Shown here: in pieces, positions 60,650 to 64,000 of the stretch
Layout: each line of letters opens with the position of its first letter
Position numbering within the stretch: position 1 is the first letter of the stretch
DNA from: Nitrosopumilus sp.
Lineage (GTDB): Archaea > Thermoproteota > Nitrososphaeria > Nitrososphaerales > Nitrosopumilaceae
NCBI GenBank assembly: GCA_963667665.2
Contig: OY763927.2
Coordinates: 1,728,001 to 1,792,000, forward strand
DNA: 64,000 bases
Reading direction: 5' to 3'
The notes under the pieces: generated by a model
Told to the model about the DNA's origin: nothing
The model's database searches: none
Seen by the model: only the letters and a program-made list of their open reading frames with translations
Translations under genes and position numbers: made by a program

Positions 60650-62310
60650 TTGAATTATCATATACACGCCTTCAAAAATTAATTGGCAAGGTATCAAAAA
60701 AGCAAATTTCTGATTCCTTACCATTTCTTGGATTAGATATTGAATCAGAAAACAAAGACCTAATCCGAATTGAATATAGTCCTAACAGACCTGATTACTC
60801 AACTGATTTTGGAATTGCACTTGGATTGCAAGGATTACTTGGAATCAAAACTGGAGCAATTAAACTAAATGTGAAAAAATCAAAAAAGTATTCTATTTCT
60901 GTTAAGTCTGAAGTATCAAAAATTCGTCCTTTTGTAACTGGAATTGTTGCAACAAATGGAAAAATCGATGATAAAACAATTAAACAATTTATGACGATGC
61001 AAGAAGACCTTCATTTTGGAATAGGAAGAAAGAGAAAAAAATCATCAATAGGTATTCATGATTTAGATACAATTTCATTTCCACTTGTTTACACAACCAC
61101 AAATAGAGATTACAAATTCATTCCATTAAACTCTAAAAAAGAACTTTCAATTTCTGAAATTCTTGAAAATACTGATGTAGGAAAAGATTATGGTTCTATA
61201 CTTGGAAATTCACCCAAGGTACCTCTAATTTTAGATGCAAATCAACAAACAGTTTCTTTTCCACCAATAATCAATGCTGCAGTAACTACTATTACAACTA
61301 AAACAAAAAATCTCTTTGTTGAGGTAACTGGAATCAACAAAGAGGATGCTGAAGATATGCTTTCAGTTGTTGCAACCATTTTACAAAGTGCAGGTTTTAC
61401 TTTAGAATCAGTTCAAAATATAATATCAAAAACAATATCATCAAAATATTTAATTCAAAAGAAAATATCAAAAACAATATCATCAAAATATTTAATTCAA
61501 AAGAAAATATCAGTTGACTCTTCATTAATCAACCAAACACTTGGTTTGAATCTTAGCACTTCAGAGATTATTTCATCATTGAAAAAGTCTAGGATTGATG
61601 CATCAACTAAAGGCAAAAACATCATTTGTATAATTCCTACATATAGATTTGATATTTTTGGGCCAATGGATTTGGTAGAAGAAGTTGCTTTAGGATATGG
61701 AATCCAGAATCTTGAACCTATTTTATCACCTTCTCAAACACTTGGCCAAAAACATCCAATCTCTGTTAATTTACAATCAATTTCTTCTATTATGACTGGA
61801 TTAAGCTATATGGAAGCTCTAAATTCTAGCTTAACTAGTAAACGAATTCTTTATGATAATACAAAAAGAGATTCATCAAAAATTCTTTCAGTTTTAGATT
61901 CTAAAAGTCTTGAACATACTATTCTTAGAGATTCACTTCTTCCAGGATTAATTGATAGTCTAGCAAAAAATGTTCATGAATCATATCCTCAAAAATTATT
62001 TGAGGTAGGAACTATTTTTAATAAAACAAGTTCTGTAACTGAAGAAACTCATCTTTGTGCAACAAGCTCTCATAAAGATGCAAACTTTAGTGAGATGAAA
62101 TCTGTTTTACAATCTGTTATTCAATCAATATTTGGAAAAACTTGTGAAACAAAAACTACTATTCATCCAACTTTTGAAAAAGGGCATGTTGCAAACATCA
62201 CTGTAGATGGAAAAATTATTGGAATCATTGGAGAAATTAGTAAATCTACTAAAGACAACTTTAAGCTGAGAGAACCAATAGTTTCCTTTGAAATAAAACT
62301 ACCTGGTTAA
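60640..62310 (+). CDS. pheT: Phenylalanine--tRNA ligase beta subunit
   Basis: PNRPD, QEDLH, SFPPIIN, DLVEEVALGYG. Confidence 0.96.
   Translation: MPVVELSYTRLQKLIGKVSKKQISDSLPFLGLDIESENKDLIRIEYSPNRPDYSTDFGIALGLQGLLGIKTGAIKLNVKKSKKYSISVKSEVSKIRPFVTGIVATNGKIDDKTIKQFMTMQEDLHFGIGRKRKKSSIGIHDLDTISFPLVYTTTNRDYKFIPLNSKKELSISEILENTDVGKDYGSILGNSPKVPLILDANQQTVSFPPIINAAVTTITTKTKNLFVEVTGINKEDAEDMLSVVATILQSAGFTLESVQNIISKTISSKYLIQKKISKTISSKYLIQKKISVDSSLINQTLGLNLSTSEIISSLKKSRIDASTKGKNIICIIPTYRFDIFGPMDLVEEVALGYGIQNLEPILSPSQTLGQKHPISVNLQSISSIMTGLSYMEALNSSLTSKRILYDNTKRDSSKILSVLDSKSLEHTILRDSLLPGLIDSLAKNVHESYPQKLFEVGTIFNKTSSVTEETHLCATSSHKDANFSEMKSVLQSVIQSIFGKTCETKTTIHPTFEKGHVANITVDGKIIGIIGEISKSTKDNFKLREPIVSFEIKLPG
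61422..61512 (+). repeat. 42-bp exact in-frame tandem duplication within pheT
   Basis: ISKTISSKYLIQKK twice; units start 61422 and 61464. Confidence 0.9.
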
Positions 62311-62335
62311 TATTTGACCAAGTAGAACATTGTAT

Positions 62336-62504
62336 GCCCTAAGAGCAACCATGCAGACGGATTGGGATGATGTTGATCGTAATGATACCAGTGATTTCTA
62401 ATTCACCCAGGCATGGCACATTAAGGGCGCCCCGGTTTCAGAACCCAAGGAGGTTTTGGCTAAAATACCAATGATCTTGTGCGAGTCAGAACCGGGGAAC
62501 AATT
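62336..62504 (+). ncRNA. Structured two-hairpin RNA with K-turn/K-loop motifs and ACA triplets (H/ACA-like)
   Basis: Stems GCCCT/AGGGC, CCATGC/GCATGG, GGATTGGGA/TTCTAATTC, CCCCGGTT/AACCGGGG; ACA at 62418 and 62499; G-U pairs favour + strand; TATA-like TTAATATT at 62307. Confidence 0.7.
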
Positions 62505-62542
62505 TCATTTTCCAAAAATAAAAAACCATAAAATGTCTATTT

Positions 62543-62980
62543 ATGATACAGAAAATTGAAATGATAAATTATTGGTTAGCAAAACAAGAACCTAGTGGAC
62601 CAAGAGCATATAATTTTGAACAACTAAAAAAAGAAAAAACAACTGTTTGGGATGGAATTCATAATAACCTTGCATTGAAGCATATGAAAGAAATGAAACC
62701 TAATGATCTTGTTTTGTTTTATCATACTGGTGATGAACGACAAGCTATGGGGATAATGCAAGTAACATCAAAACCATATCCTAACCCAAAAGAAGACAAT
62801 GAACGTTTTATTGTTGTAGATGTAAAGTACAAAAAAACATTGAAACGTCCAGTAACACTTGATGAAATGAAAAAAGAAAAAAAATTCAAAGATTGGGAAC
62901 TTATTAGAATTTCAAGATTATCTTTAATGCCTGTTCCAAAGCAAATTTGGGATGTAATATTGAATATTTCTCAAAACTGA
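62543..62980 (+). CDS. EVE domain protein
   Basis: YWLAKQEP, WDGIHN, FYHTG, SRLSLMPV; start probably 62561. Confidence 0.9.
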   Translation: MIQKIEMINYWLAKQEPSGPRAYNFEQLKKEKTTVWDGIHNNLALKHMKEMKPNDLVLFYHTGDERQAMGIMQVTSKPYPNPKEDNERFIVVDVKYKKTLKRPVTLDEMKKEKKFKDWELIRISRLSLMPVPKQIWDVILNISQN

Positions 62981-63024
62981 ATATAATCGGTTTATTGATA
63001 TAGTCGATTTGTTTTGATTGATTC

Positions 63025-63264
63025 ATGGCAACAGCTTATGTTTTAATAAACTGTGAACTAGGTTCAGAAGAAGCTATAATTCAGCAACTAAAGGGCTTAG
63101 AAGATGTTAAAGAAGTTCATGGAACTTTTGGTGCATACGATATTTTGGCCAAGATTGAATCTGATACTGTAGAAAAACTTAGAGAAACAATTACCTGGAA
63201 GATCAGAAAAATTGAAAAGATTCGTTCTACTCTTACCCTAATGGGTATTGAAGGTCAAACATAA
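63025..63264 (+). CDS. Stand-alone Lrp/AsnC ligand-binding domain protein, paralog 2
   Basis: Closely similar to 31801..32040. Confidence 0.9.
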   Translation: MATAYVLINCELGSEEAIIQQLKGLEDVKEVHGTFGAYDILAKIESDTVEKLRETITWKIRKIEKIRSTLTLMGIEGQT

Positions 63265-63282
63265 ACACCCTTTTTTCTTATT

Positions 63283-63870
63283 ATGATTTTGCATTTTATT
63301 TTTGTTGTAAAAGAAGAAGATCGTGAAAAACGACAATTTGAATTTGAATATATTAAAAAAATGAGCCAGTTTTACAAGGTATGGATTAAAGAAAAATTTG
63401 GACAAGATTATGAAATTCAATGCGATGAATTAATTACAAAACCTAGAAGTGTTTTTCAGAGGCTTGACACACATACTCTTCTACGTGATCATGAACAAAG
63501 AGGCAATGACATTTACCATTTCTATCTAACTCATTTTAGACCATTCTGGACTGATTGTGCTGGTTGTGAAGGATATCATGCTGAAAATTTTGGAATGGTG
63601 TTATGGCAACCTCTTAAAGAATCAAATGATACATTGTTTCTTGCGGAAAAAAATTGTACTACTGTGTGTCATGAACTGCTTCATGAATTATTACGACTTT
63701 CTAAACATAAAAAATTCATTGAAGAAGTTCATGATATTTGGACAAAGCATTTGTTTGAACAACTAGAATTTGAACAATATGATGATGACTTTCAAAAAAC
63801 TGATGGTAAACCTATGTTTCTAACAATGGATACTTCACAATTAAATCTAGAAGATAATCTTTCAAATTAA
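63283..63870 (+). CDS. Hypothetical protein with zincin-like HExxH motif
   Basis: VCHELLHE preceded by GYH strand and CxxC. Confidence 0.65.
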   Translation: MILHFIFVVKEEDREKRQFEFEYIKKMSQFYKVWIKEKFGQDYEIQCDELITKPRSVFQRLDTHTLLRDHEQRGNDIYHFYLTHFRPFWTDCAGCEGYHAENFGMVLWQPLKESNDTLFLAEKNCTTVCHELLHELLRLSKHKKFIEEVHDIWTKHLFEQLEFEQYDDDFQKTDGKPMFLTMDTSQLNLEDNLSN

Positions 63871-64000
63871 CACTTTGTAACAGAATAGATATTGTTTTCA
63901 AAGTTTGCTGTTTTAAAATCTAACTTATTTTCAGGATCATTAGTTCTTGATTTGCTCAAGTTTTCAAGCTCTACTAATGCATCACCCCTAAAACCTACTG
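63867..64000 (-). CDS. 3' end of a gene running off the right edge
   Basis: Open frame VGFRGDALVELENL...YSVTKC* ending at TAA 63867. Confidence 0.55.
   Translation of the reverse strand, partial: VGFRGDALVELENLSKSRTNDPENKLDFKTANFENNIYSVTKC

Noticed and set aside
62336-62504. SRP RNA, RNase P RNA or 5S rRNA
   Set aside because: Lacks SRP helix-8 GNRA motif and RNase P P4 signatures on either strand; fold and size do not fit 5S

Overview
AT-rich core-genome window of an ammonia-oxidising archaeon (Nitrososphaerota/Thaumarchaeota, Nitrosopumilus-like). It holds: a 5'-truncated major S-layer gene followed by a putative stalk protein, a membrane-anchored subtilase and a copper-based complex III (Rieske, cytochrome b, blue-copper protein); tRNA-modification and translation genes (tgtA, kae1, bud32, pcc1, taw1, dus, serS, trpS, pheST, two r-proteins); three tandem secreted TSP3-like Ca-binding repeat proteins; a MoxR-vWA-cysteine synthase/rhodanese-ASCH run; the ammonia monooxygenase cluster (amoB, C, X, A plus probable amoZ/amoY); an orphan Dam methylase; and five tRNAs, one with two introns. 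Signals not in the ORF track: a box C/D guide RNA apparently aimed at the 23S P-loop, a two-hairpin K-turn/ACA RNA after pheT, two tiny single-TM ORFs, a perfect 22-bp palindrome between amoB and amoC, and a GATC recurring at near-helically phased distances upstream of the TATA boxes of amo and other genes. No CRISPR array, rRNA, transposase or integrase was seen. All calls are by eye; no searches were run.
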